A DNA stretch of 64,000 nt from Thermoplasmata archaeon (lineage in GTDB: Archaea > Thermoplasmatota > Thermoplasmata > GCA-020350865). The translations under genes and the position numbers were made by a program. The stretch spans positions 767,216 through 831,215 of the forward strand of contig CP070751.1 in assembly GCA_020348445.1 (NCBI GenBank). The letters run 5' to 3'. Positions 1 through 9,931 of the stretch are shown one piece after another (position 1 is the stretch's first letter; every line of letters starts with the position of its first letter). The notes under the pieces were generated by a model. It was not told where the DNA came from. It made no database searches and saw only the letters and a program-made list of their open reading frames with translations.

Positions 1-5
1 TGGGG

Positions 6-212
6 GGCGATAATTTACATGACAAGGCTTATCTATTCGGGTGATTGTTCGATATCGATAATCCTTTTATGTAAATCATCATTGATTGTAAAAGATGGGA
101 GGCGATAATTTACACGACAAGGCTTATCTATTCGGGTGATTGTTCGATATCGATAATCCTTTTATGTAAATCATCTAAAAATGTAAAAGCCAGGAGGCGA
201 TAATTTACATGA
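6..212. repeat. 95-bp tandem repeat: two full units plus a partial third overlapping the start of the GT4 gene
   Basis: GGCGATAATTTACA(T/C)GA starts at 6, 101 and 196. Segments 6-80 and 101-175 are identical except T20/C115. The array may extend left of the window. Confidence 0.95.
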
Positions 213-1330
213 AAATTGCTCAAGTTGCACCATATTTTTACCCCCATATTGGAGGGGTGGAATCCCATGTTTTAACACTATCCGAGAGGCTGGTTAAAAA
301 TGGTCATGATGTTACTGTTTACACTTCTAACTTCGAAAATCTCAAAGAAGAGGATTACTTCGGCGGTATAAAAATCATCAGGGCCAAACAAATTGCCAGT
401 ATTTTTGCAACCCCGATTACTCCAAAGTTAAAGAAAATCCTTGCTCAAAAAGACCACGATGTTGTGCATGCCCATACTCCTCCCCCTCTCACCGCCTATT
501 ATGCTGCTAAGGCCGCAAAACGTTCCAAATTCCCCTTCGTTGTAACATACCACTGTGATCTGGAGTTACCGAAACTCATAGGAAAGATAGCAACTGCGAT
601 CTATCAAAGAACAATGAGCAGGTACACCTTTAAACGGGCAGACAGGATAATCGTCCACACCAAGACTTATGGTGCAACCTCAAGAACTCTGTGGAAGTTC
701 GATGAGACCGTTATTCCAAGTGCCGTGAATCCCGACCGCTTCAGCAGGGATTTGGATTTCTCAAAGATAGAAAAAAGACATGGACTTGCGAAGAAGAGAG
801 TGGTGCTTTTCGTGGGAAGGTTGGTTGCACATAAGGGTCTTGATTATCTCATCGATTCTGCTCGGTTCACCCCAAAAGATGTGCGGTACATTATTGTTGG
901 CAGTGGGCCTTATCTGGACAAATTGAGGAAAAGAGCAAGATCTCGGAGAGTGGAAAAAAAGGTGATCTTCACTGGAAGGGTACCTTTCGATGATATACCG
1001 AGGTACTTTGCGGCCTGTGATGTTTTTGTCCTTCCTTCCATATCCCGTCTAGAGGCCTTCGGCCTTGTCATTCTTGAGGCAATGGCATCCTCCAAACCAG
1101 TAATAGTCTCCAATATACCAGGTGTGACCGAGCTTGTCAACGAAGGTGAGGAGGGTTTGCATACCGAGCCAATGAATGCCGAGGATCTCGCCAAAAAAAT
1201 AAATTTGCTACTTTTGGATGAAAATCTACGAAAGCGAATGGGGGAATCAGGCAGAAGAAAGGTGGAGAGGGAGTTTGCCTGGGACAAGGTGGTAAAACAG
1301 ATAGAAGAAGTCTATAACGATGTGGTTTAA
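209..1330 (+). CDS. Glycosyltransferase family 4 (GT-B)
   Basis: MKIAQVAPYFYPHIGGVE N-terminus, LFVGRL and EAFGLVILEAMASSKPVI motifs; GGAGG SD at 193-197. Confidence 0.95.
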   Translation: MKIAQVAPYFYPHIGGVESHVLTLSERLVKNGHDVTVYTSNFENLKEEDYFGGIKIIRAKQIASIFATPITPKLKKILAQKDHDVVHAHTPPPLTAYYAAKAAKRSKFPFVVTYHCDLELPKLIGKIATAIYQRTMSRYTFKRADRIIVHTKTYGATSRTLWKFDETVIPSAVNPDRFSRDLDFSKIEKRHGLAKKRVVLFVGRLVAHKGLDYLIDSARFTPKDVRYIIVGSGPYLDKLRKRARSRRVEKKVIFTGRVPFDDIPRYFAACDVFVLPSISRLEAFGLVILEAMASSKPVIVSNIPGVTELVNEGEEGLHTEPMNAEDLAKKINLLLLDENLRKRMGESGRRKVEREFAWDKVVKQIEEVYNDVV

Positions 1331-1334
1331 AGGA

Positions 1335-1766
1335 TCATTTTACTATCTCGAGTTTTATTTTTCCCCCCCGGGCATCGTAGGCCTGCCAACTTCTAGGATT
1401 GTACGGTTTACCGACGATTATGTGGGTGTTTCCAAACTTCGAAAAGAAGTACAGGTCGGCACCAGAAGGAGAGAAATTTCCCGAGGGGTGGCTGTGTACT
1501 ATACCCACAACACTCAAGGTTATGTCGGGGGGCTGCATATGGGTGTGCAGTATCGCCATACCGCTTCCCGAAAGGGTTCCAGGCAGAAGGTTGATCTCTT
1601 CTATTATTCCTTTTTTTGCGATAAGCGTGGCCGCGAACTCATTGGGATAGCTTTCCTTGGATACCTCCAATATTAAATTTAATGTCTCTTCTTTAATCCC
1701 CCAAATCCTCCTTTTTTCTTCTGTTTTAGGGGGGATTTTCTTTTTATCCTTTTTGAAAAGATACAT
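1335..1766 (-). CDS. JAB/MPN (Mov34, JAMM) domain metalloprotease
   Basis: YPNE plus HSHPSGNFSPSGAD (E...HxH-x7-S-x2-D) JAMM motif. Confidence 0.9.
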   Translation of the reverse strand: MYLFKKDKKKIPPKTEEKRRIWGIKEETLNLILEVSKESYPNEFAATLIAKKGIIEEINLLPGTLSGSGMAILHTHMQPPDITLSVVGIVHSHPSGNFSPSGADLYFFSKFGNTHIIVGKPYNPRSWQAYDARGGKIKLEIVK

Positions 1767-1806
1767 TTTTTACCCTCAGATCCTATCACATTCGATTAAT
1801 ACAGAA

Positions 1807-2613
1807 CTATGGAATTAACTTATCTGCCACCCTTTTATAGAAATCCGTTGAAAAACGCACGAGCTCGGCAGGTTTCTCAGAGGCCGTGAAAATTATCACC
1901 GCCTCGCTTTGCACTTGTGTTTCAAATTGACCATCAAGAACCAAGATACAGGGTCTCTCAGGTTCAAGAAGTCTGATTTTGATCTCACTTTCTATGGGAA
2001 CGACATAAGGTCTTGCTGATAGTTTGAAAGGTGCGATTGGGGCGATGACGAAGGCGTTTACGCGGGGATCAATCAAGGGGCTTCCTACACTCATGGCGTA
2101 ACATGTGGAGCCAGTGGGAGTGGCAACTATGATTCCATCGGCCCTGATATCGGCAACAAAATTATCATCCACGAGTATCTCGAAATGCCGCATCTTTGCA
2201 ACATGCGCGGTATGGATGACGGCCTCGTTCATGCAATCATAAAGCCTGTTCCCATTCAATACAGTTTTTAGTCTGGTTCTTTTATCGATGATGTACTCCC
2301 CCTTCAATATCTTCTCTAAACTCTCCATGGCATTTTCAGGAGCGGCCTCGGTAAGAAATCCCAGAACACCTGCATTTATAGAAAACACCCTGGCGTTCGT
2401 TGACTGCAGCGCCCCTAGGACCGTGCCATCCCCGCCTATTGTGATCAGAATGTCTGGATTCATCTCTTTCAATGGCTGCCCCAAAATCCCAAGCTTGGTC
2501 GCAAGGTTCTCTTCCACTATGACCTCTGCCTTGTCTTTTAAAAAGTCGATTACCTCCTTGGCTAATTCTGTGGTTTTTTCTATATTTGGGTTGGACATCA
2601 CACCAAACTTCAT
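1807..2613 (-). CDS. ppnK: NAD(+) kinase
   Basis: GGDGT, NE(A), ADG..ATPTGSTCYAMSVG motifs. Confidence 0.95.
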   Translation of the reverse strand: MKFGVMSNPNIEKTTELAKEVIDFLKDKAEVIVEENLATKLGILGQPLKEMNPDILITIGGDGTVLGALQSTNARVFSINAGVLGFLTEAAPENAMESLEKILKGEYIIDKRTRLKTVLNGNRLYDCMNEAVIHTAHVAKMRHFEILVDDNFVADIRADGIIVATPTGSTCYAMSVGSPLIDPRVNAFVIAPIAPFKLSARPYVVPIESEIKIRLLEPERPCILVLDGQFETQVQSEAVIIFTASEKPAELVRFSTDFYKRVADKLIP

Positions 2614-2650
2614 CTACCACCCTCCAAATAGCATTTTTTATCCTGTGAAC

Positions 2651-3445
2651 TTACACAACCACATTCCTCAGGATCTCCAAGGCCCTTATATCACCTACTG
2701 CTATGACGTTCGTGCGTGACTTTAAATCGAAGGGCATATCCAATATATCGTATGTATCATTAAAAACTTCCCCTCCCGCTTCCCTTAGTATCAGGGTGCT
2801 TGCAGCAATGTCTGTTACACGCATACTGTATTTGCTTGGTGAATAATTCTGATAGTAAACATCGAAGGCTCCGCTTGCAACAAGGCACATCTCCAAGGAT
2901 GCGCACCCCAAGGCCCTACCCCTTCTTGGGATTTTTGCGACGTTGTGGGTTTGCGGTGTTGCCCGTTCCCCAATATACAGCGAGAACATGGAATCCATAT
3001 CTGGATATTGTTTTGTCTTGATTGGACTTTCATTTAAGAAGGCACCCGAACCTTTCTCTGCCCAGAATGTATCCCCTGTGACAAGGTTCCTGACAAGACC
3101 CAATTCCACGTTAGAGAGCCGTGATTTACCCAAGGCAAGAGATAGGGCATAAAATGGTATGCCTCTTATGGCATTGTGCGTGCCGTCTATGGGATCCATG
3201 ACAAGAATTTTCTCGGCATTATTGTCTATAAATCCCGCTTCCTCGCTTAGGATGTTGAACTTCTTTTCTTTTTTTGCGAGAACGTCAAGGCATACCTGCT
3301 CTGCTGCATCATCAATAAACTTCGTAGGTGTCCCATCGGCACCAATGCCCAGATCCTCGCCAAGATCCATTCGCTTCATCTTGCTCTTAACTGTATTTTC
3401 GACTTCGTTAGCAATTTCATAGAATAGGGCCTTCACATTCCTCAC
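2651..3445 (-). CDS. Inositol monophosphatase / FBPase family (possible NADP phosphatase)
   Basis: SEE, DPIDGT and DIAA metal-binding motifs; directly upstream of the NAD kinase. Confidence 0.93.
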   Translation of the reverse strand: MRNVKALFYEIANEVENTVKSKMKRMDLGEDLGIGADGTPTKFIDDAAEQVCLDVLAKKEKKFNILSEEAGFIDNNAEKILVMDPIDGTHNAIRGIPFYALSLALGKSRLSNVELGLVRNLVTGDTFWAEKGSGAFLNESPIKTKQYPDMDSMFSLYIGERATPQTHNVAKIPRRGRALGCASLEMCLVASGAFDVYYQNYSPSKYSMRVTDIAASTLILREAGGEVFNDTYDILDMPFDLKSRTNVIAVGDIRALEILRNVVV

Positions 3446-3503
3446 TTCAAAATAAGTATGATGTAATCTGATTTTATAGTTGCGGTTTCGCTTTAATACT
3501 TAA

Positions 3504-6500
3504 TTACCTCAACGTACCTGAAACACCACATCTGGGACACTGTACTCTTAAAGGCCTGATTCCAGCTTCAACCTCGAATACAGCTTGGCAATCTGGGCAG
3601 CTTATGGTTTCAAGAGTCGGAAATATCATCCCTTTATATCCAGCGGGTAGGGCAGATATCGGGAGAACCTCTTTTTGCGCCTGCTCCTGTTGGCCCGTCT
3701 TTTTAAGAACCAACGTGGCGACTATTATGGCACAAATCACCAATATTATGATAATCAGAAGTAAATATGGCAATTCCGATTCTTCCCCTCCTTTTTCCAC
3801 CTCTATTGTTAGGGTCAAATATCCGACCTCCACCCCATCGTCTGAGGTCGCAAAAATCGTGGTCCTGTACTCCCCGGACTTGGCATCCTTCGGTATATCC
3901 ATATTTACCGTTATTATCCTCGATTTACCCATGGGAACCTGGGGATTATCAACTGAGAAAGAAGCCCGCCAGTCATTTGGAAGCTCGTCGAATAATATGT
4001 TCAAATCCTCGTCGAAATTCCCACTATTTTGGAGTTTTACTGTAAAGACCAGTTCCTCACCGCTTGTAACCTTCAGTTCTCCGCTCTCCAAGGAAATTTC
4101 TATGTCGTGGACTCGAGCCACACTGGCGTTGAGCTGGATCAAATAAGAATCGCCACGGGAGATAGAGGGTACACCCGTTACTGTAATCACATCAGCTGTG
4201 TAAGCAACAGCTGATTCAGGCAAGGTCAGGACAATCATGATATCTTTACTTCCCCCGAAAGCATCCAGCATACCGCAATCAGGAATGCCGCTCCCATCTG
4301 TATCTTCAAGAGGATCTTTGCCGTCGGCCTGAAATATCGCGAGCGGGAAGTTGAGGAACGACGATGCTGTAATATCTATTGTGGTTCGGTAATTGAAGTG
4401 GTTGGTCACACTCAGAAGATAAGAAACATGTGAATCTGGATCACCAATCTTTGAATTCGAATCAGAACCTATAACTATATCACCGGAAATCTCGACGATG
4501 CAGGTGAGTACGATGGTTTCCACGCTGCCGTTTGGCAAGGAAGAGGCAAAGGTTATGGTGGCCTTTTCCTCGTAAAACGCATTTGCATCATCTGGCACCT
4601 CTATTTGAGCAACGATGGTGGCAACGCCGTTTAATGGATCCAGTTTTCCAGTATCAGGGTCCCCGTCTGAATCGGTGTCAGATAACTTAATTATGCCGTG
4701 GGAATCGAATAGGGAAACCTGCCAGCCGGAAGTTGAATAGGCCGTGATATCGAGGGTATCTTCTTGGTTCTGCTCGTTTCCTACAGTTATAACATAGCTT
4801 GCCGTCTCGCTGTTTTTCGCGAATTTTTCTGGCGCATCTACATCAATGTCCAGTCCACCTGAGAGGGCGATTTGGGTTCTTATGGTGAACTCCGCAAAAC
4901 TGCCTGTTGAAATTGCGGTGATGTCAAAGTCCTTGTACTTGTAGGCCAGTAAATTAAACGGCGGTGTTATTTTGAAGGAAATGACCTTATCGGAAAAAGC
5001 GTTCAATGAAATGGTATTGGAGCTGAGAAACGGAATCCAGTTATCCCAATTACCTGTGGTGGGCTCTATGTCCAAGTTCACATTCACGTTCGTGTTGCCA
5101 AGATTTTTTAATGTAACTGAGTGGCTTGCAGGAACCCCTGGCTCTGTCTCTTTTACAGGTTGTGAAGAGGTAACATCTATGCTAAAATATTCTGTAACCA
5201 CGCTGGTTGTGGATGTGGTTGCCCAAAATGCCACGTCACCTACAGAGGTGGCTTTAACGTCTATTTTTATGCTATCACCAGGAAGACCGTCGGACGGTGC
5301 AGTTACAAAGAGAGTTATATCTTTCTCTGAAAAAGCATCCAAATCTATTGACGTTATATTCAAATAAAACTGCCAGTCATCAGAATTTCCAGATACAATG
5401 TACTGTGTGCTGAATGAGAAGGTGTCTGGCCCATTGCCCTGATTGGAAACGGTGATGATGTGATTGTTGCTTTCAGAAGGGATGAAATATAATGACTCAC
5501 CTTGTGTCACAAGATCCACTCCATACCACTGGGTAACGTTTACTGTAAGTGGTAGGGTATCAATGGCCTTGATTTCACCCTCAGCAATCAATGAACCTGT
5601 AACAGTGATAAAATAGTAACCCTGCTCGGCAGAAACCGGCGTTATTGTAAGGGTGACCATGTCAAAGTCACCGGGCAGCAAATCGAAGTTATTCTGATCG
5701 AAAGATACAAGCCAGTCTTCTATATTTATTCCTGTAAAAGATAACTCAAACGTGCCCAAAGCGTTCCCAGTATTTCTAACGTAAATCCTGAAAAACGCTG
5801 ATTCGTCTTTACCCACATGTTCTTCGTCCTTATTTACGCTCAAATTCATAAGATACTGGTTTTTCATGCCAAATATCTCCACATCATCCACCCACCAGCC
5901 ATTGTCTGTGAGCACCACTCCGGATTCGAGGGTAAACCTGATTTGAATCTGTTCGCCAACATAATTTGAGATGTCGATGAGTACCAAGTCCCAGGTCATC
6001 CATGTCCCGCGAAATGAATCCAGGGTCTCCCAGCCCGTTCCACCAGGATTTATCTCAACATATCCCCAATCTGATTGAAGAGGGAAATCATCGATACTGT
6101 ACTGGTGGTAGAATCTCAGATACGCCGATGTTGTGTCATTAAGATCAATTACGGGGGAGGTCAAATACTGATCTGCCAAGACTGTGTACTGATTTGTTAC
6201 ATCTTCCCCGCACCACCAGGATGTATCGGGACTGTGGCTCTCAGAATCTGTTTGATGCCAAAGCGGTGGCCTAACCGGCGATGAGGCAGAAACATCCCAA
6301 TCTCCCACACCACTTTCTATATCATCGTAGAAAAACCTGTAATATACATGAATTAGGGAGCCCTTTACATCGTTGGCTGGAGCCTCGTCATTGGCCAAAA
6401 GGGATGATATCTTTATGGTGTAGTAACCACTCAATTCCAGATTCAACTGCCATATAAGGGACTCGTTCTTCCAACTGTCAATAGATACACCTTGCTTGGT

Positions 6501-9500
6501 TTCGCTGTGTATGGTAAAACCATAGGCATTATTTAATTCAAGTATCACATCAAAACCACTCTGGTCACTTCTACCGTGATTCATTACCTTGGCCACTATA
6601 TCAACGGTATCTCCAACAAATGATTCAGAAGGATTGGTAATGGATAATATACCAACATCGTTGTAGATGGGCATTATCCAGGTAATGAGATTTTTAAGCA
6701 TGGCTTTTAAATCCTCATCTTCGGTCCAATCGAGACAATTTCTGTTTCCGTTCCAGTATATTACCTTTGCACCTTGGGGAAGCTCAGTTGCTATGATCTT
6801 GTCGTATCCGTCTGAAAGCTCGGCTATGGTTTTGGCACCCTCTGCGTCATCTGCTTCGGCCATATCATGGTCCGTCTCGGAAAGAGAAAATAAGTTGCCT
6901 GTGGAAAACTGGCCATACCCTCCTTCCATCATCGGATGCGAGCCGTCCAAAACCACGAACATATTTTCATTGGAATTGTCCCCGAAAGCAGAGGATCTCA
7001 CGATATCGGCAAGATTAGCATCATCTGGACTACCAAGGGAATCGTACCCAGTGACCAAAAGAACTCCACCCAATGTAAGGTAATCCTCCAATACCTGGTA
7101 CTCGGTATCGCTTATTGCCCTTTCGTCGTTGTAAAATATTACTAACTGATATTTTAAAAGGAGGGTGATATTGCTTGTGAACTTATTTGCGATATTGTTG
7201 TTAAGAATGTCATGGGATTTTCCCAGGCCATCAACTATAGGAGCAATTATTTGTAGTTGATCCACATCCGATATCAGCCCGATGCGCCCTAATTTGGCAC
7301 CTGTGGCCACAGTTATTTTACCAATGACTCTATTGTTGTTGATATTGTACTCGTCTGTTAATGGAGATGATATAATTTCCAATAAATAGTCCCCTTCCAA
7401 AGAAGGGGCAGTCCATAAAAAACTAACCAAAGTGAAGTCACCACTGTTGAGACTGGATATCGTTTTGGTAGCTTCTTGATTTCCGTTCACATTCAATTTT
7501 ATAATCAAACCTGTCTCGTCCGAACTTCCGATATTAGATACAGTGGCATTAACATGAGTCTGTTGATTGGGTCTGACATAATTGGGTACTATCATATCTG
7601 AAACGTAGATATCGTGCTCAACAGTAACACCGCTTGCAACCACAGCAAAGTTCTGATCCACATCTGGAGTATCTGGATTTCCATCCATGGCGATATTTTG
7701 AGCAATTACCTCTATGGTCCAAACCCCGGATGTTGGATTTTCGATAAAGACATTCTCCACATTGTTGAGCGTATCCGAACTTCCACCAGAAGAAGACCAT
7801 TTTGATGTAAGAAGACCCGCATTTCCCCAATAGACCTCATTATTTGGATCTGTGACTCTTAGGTTGAGGTTGTTCACCAAATGCTGTGATGAGGAAGTGG
7901 TCCCGGGAACATCGGTCCATACAAGAGATATCTTCAATGGATCGTTTCCTGTGGGTATGATATTGTAAGTCACCCTCCCACCTGTTTCAAGGCTTTCATC
8001 CTCATCAACTATGAAATGATTCTGGCCTATATCATATACATTACCCACATCCACAAGACCCCAGCCCTGCTGATATCTGTCAGCCTGGGAAAAGTCATAT
8101 TGATATGCATCTGCAATTAATATCGCCTTTACTGTTGCCGCATGGGGCATGGCCTGGGATGGATTGTTACCAAAATAGTTTTCCATGTACATCTGATAGA
8201 CAAGACCTGCGGATCCTGCAGCAATCGGAGTTGCACCGCTTGTTCCCCCCATATCATTAAAATAATTGCCAGTGGCATAACCGTTCTCACCATCACCGTC
8301 CACACTGTCTGTGGTATATATCCAATCAAATACCCCTGCAAGATCTGGTTTGACCCTTCCATCCGAGGCCGGACCCTGACTTGGTGTGGAATACTGACCG
8401 TAGTTGACCCATTCGTCATTAGTCCTATCTGCATCATTATAGTGGAATACTGCTCCCACACAGATCACATTCTTCGCCACAGAATCCTGGCTACATGATT
8501 CTGAATAGACTCCATAATTGCTGTTGCCAGCACCGTAAAGCATCACGACATCATAATCAAATACTATCTGGTCATTTTCTCTTGAAAAAGATGTATAGGT
8601 GCTATCCAGATAGCCCGAAAACCAGCTGTTGCTCTGAAACACTCCCTCCCAGTTATTGACTAAATTATCAATGGATGTGGTTCGGCCAACACCCCAGTCG
8701 GCGAAAACACCTGCACCTTGTGGCAGCATTCCCTCTGCTATATCATTATTTGCACCAGAGGAGAATACTATTCCGAAGGTGCATGTCCCATGCGCGTCGT
8801 CAACTGGATTTCCATCTGTTCCGATAATCTGGCCCTCAAAATCGGGATGATCCTCGTCAAATCCGTTGTCCTTTACCTCGCCCACTATGCCTGTTCCATT
8901 GAAACCATTTATATGAAGGGTTTCTGCTCCTGTAAAATCCCTTACATTGTCCATGAGTGCTGACGGAGGGGAATACTCATCTATCCATTCCACCTCAGGT
9001 ATGAAGGCGATGTTTCTAATCATGGATGCATCTATTCTCACCCTGATTATATTGTTTTCCTCTCCATCTTCAGTTATTGTTCCGCCCAAAGTCCTTAATT
9101 TATCCCTTGCAGAAATCAGGTTCACTTCTTTGTTTTCAAAGACCCATACATTGAGCTCAATGTCTCCTTCTTTTTCAGAAAGGCCCTTCTGGATTTTATA
9201 CACTGGATGATAAATTCCAGTCCATCTGATAAAAGGGAGAGTTTCAAGATTTTTCTTCGCATCCTCCTCCAAATATACAAGATAAGTGTAATTGGGAATA
9301 TATCCCAAAACAATGGCCCCAGACGTTCTGATATCATCCAACCAGCCAGGCTGTATAGGACCTTTACATTGAATAAGAAAATAACTGTTTTCAGAATTGT
9401 AGATCCAGTCTTTAGCAAGGTATGGTTCATCAAGTAAAGGATCAAATGAAGCCACGTTAAGATGGATATGCATCGGAGAATTTATGTCGGGAATCTGAGT

Positions 9501-9782
9501 TGTGTGAATTCCTTCAAGATTATCTGAACTGAGTAATATTTGATCTGAGTTCGTATTTTGAACCTTTTTATTTACTGAGTGATCTGGTAAGCATGATAAT
9601 GTCCCATAATCCTGATGATCAAATTTTAAAATCTCCATTTCTTTTTCGTCCTCCAGTCTCCCACTTTCGGAGGATGCCATTGCATTTGGTATGGGGCTTA
9701 AAATCAAAGCCATGATTAATGTAATGATAATTATTTTTTGATAAGATATACTGTATTTGATTTTCAAATTTGTTTTTGTCAT
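3504..9782 (-). CDS. Giant membrane-anchored S8 (subtilisin-like) serine peptidase with CARDB/NEW3-like repeats, C-terminal TM helix and cytoplasmic Zn ribbon
   Basis: Catalytic triad GEVKDNG / HGTCTFG / GTSGATP; N-terminal signal; TM LPYLLLIIIILVICAIIVATLVL; CPDC...CPRC tail. Start placed at ATG 9782 after GAGGT SD (ORF track starts at 9791). Confidence 0.92.
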   Translation of the reverse strand: MTKTNLKIKYSISYQKIIIITLIMALILSPIPNAMASSESGRLEDEKEMEILKFDHQDYGTLSCLPDHSVNKKVQNTNSDQILLSSDNLEGIHTTQIPDINSPMHIHLNVASFDPLLDEPYLAKDWIYNSENSYFLIQCKGPIQPGWLDDIRTSGAIVLGYIPNYTYLVYLEEDAKKNLETLPFIRWTGIYHPVYKIQKGLSEKEGDIELNVWVFENKEVNLISARDKLRTLGGTITEDGEENNIIRVRIDASMIRNIAFIPEVEWIDEYSPPSALMDNVRDFTGAETLHINGFNGTGIVGEVKDNGFDEDHPDFEGQIIGTDGNPVDDAHGTCTFGIVFSSGANNDIAEGMLPQGAGVFADWGVGRTTSIDNLVNNWEGVFQSNSWFSGYLDSTYTSFSRENDQIVFDYDVVMLYGAGNSNYGVYSESCSQDSVAKNVICVGAVFHYNDADRTNDEWVNYGQYSTPSQGPASDGRVKPDLAGVFDWIYTTDSVDGDGENGYATGNYFNDMGGTSGATPIAAGSAGLVYQMYMENYFGNNPSQAMPHAATVKAILIADAYQYDFSQADRYQQGWGLVDVGNVYDIGQNHFIVDEDESLETGGRVTYNIIPTGNDPLKISLVWTDVPGTTSSSQHLVNNLNLRVTDPNNEVYWGNAGLLTSKWSSSGGSSDTLNNVENVFIENPTSGVWTIEVIAQNIAMDGNPDTPDVDQNFAVVASGVTVEHDIYVSDMIVPNYVRPNQQTHVNATVSNIGSSDETGLIIKLNVNGNQEATKTISSLNSGDFTLVSFLWTAPSLEGDYLLEIISSPLTDEYNINNNRVIGKITVATGAKLGRIGLISDVDQLQIIAPIVDGLGKSHDILNNNIANKFTSNITLLLKYQLVIFYNDERAISDTEYQVLEDYLTLGGVLLVTGYDSLGSPDDANLADIVRSSAFGDNSNENMFVVLDGSHPMMEGGYGQFSTGNLFSLSETDHDMAEADDAEGAKTIAELSDGYDKIIATELPQGAKVIYWNGNRNCLDWTEDEDLKAMLKNLITWIMPIYNDVGILSITNPSESFVGDTVDIVAKVMNHGRSDQSGFDVILELNNAYGFTIHSETKQGVSIDSWKNESLIWQLNLELSGYYTIKISSLLANDEAPANDVKGSLIHVYYRFFYDDIESGVGDWDVSASSPVRPPLWHQTDSESHSPDTSWWCGEDVTNQYTVLADQYLTSPVIDLNDTTSAYLRFYHQYSIDDFPLQSDWGYVEINPGGTGWETLDSFRGTWMTWDLVLIDISNYVGEQIQIRFTLESGVVLTDNGWWVDDVEIFGMKNQYLMNLSVNKDEEHVGKDESAFFRIYVRNTGNALGTFELSFTGINIEDWLVSFDQNNFDLLPGDFDMVTLTITPVSAEQGYYFITVTGSLIAEGEIKAIDTLPLTVNVTQWYGVDLVTQGESLYFIPSESNNHIITVSNQGNGPDTFSFSTQYIVSGNSDDWQFYLNITSIDLDAFSEKDITLFVTAPSDGLPGDSIKIDVKATSVGDVAFWATTSTTSVVTEYFSIDVTSSQPVKETEPGVPASHSVTLKNLGNTNVNVNLDIEPTTGNWDNWIPFLSSNTISLNAFSDKVISFKITPPFNLLAYKYKDFDITAISTGSFAEFTIRTQIALSGGLDIDVDAPEKFAKNSETASYVITVGNEQNQEDTLDITAYSTSGWQVSLFDSHGIIKLSDTDSDGDPDTGKLDPLNGVATIVAQIEVPDDANAFYEEKATITFASSLPNGSVETIVLTCIVEISGDIVIGSDSNSKIGDPDSHVSYLLSVTNHFNYRTTIDITASSFLNFPLAIFQADGKDPLEDTDGSGIPDCGMLDAFGGSKDIMIVLTLPESAVAYTADVITVTGVPSISRGDSYLIQLNASVARVHDIEISLESGELKVTSGEELVFTVKLQNSGNFDEDLNILFDELPNDWRASFSVDNPQVPMGKSRIITVNMDIPKDAKSGEYRTTIFATSDDGVEVGYLTLTIEVEKGGEESELPYLLLIIIILVICAIIVATLVLKKTGQQEQAQKEVLPISALPAGYKGMIFPTLETISCPDCQAVFEVEAGIRPLRVQCPRCGVSGTLR

Positions 9783-9931
9783 TAACCTCACTCGTCTGTG
9801 ATGATGTTCCCTTGGTATGGGATTAGGGGTAGCATTGTATTAATTTTATTGGTTAACATGTAAATTGGGCACCTATATAAATATATGTGGGTAAGCACCA
9901 CTCTTTACCAGAATACCCTCCAAGTAGTATA

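Noticed and set aside
6-212. CRISPR array
   Set aside because: The repeats are 75 bp, the 20-bp intervening segments resemble each other, and there are no cas genes.
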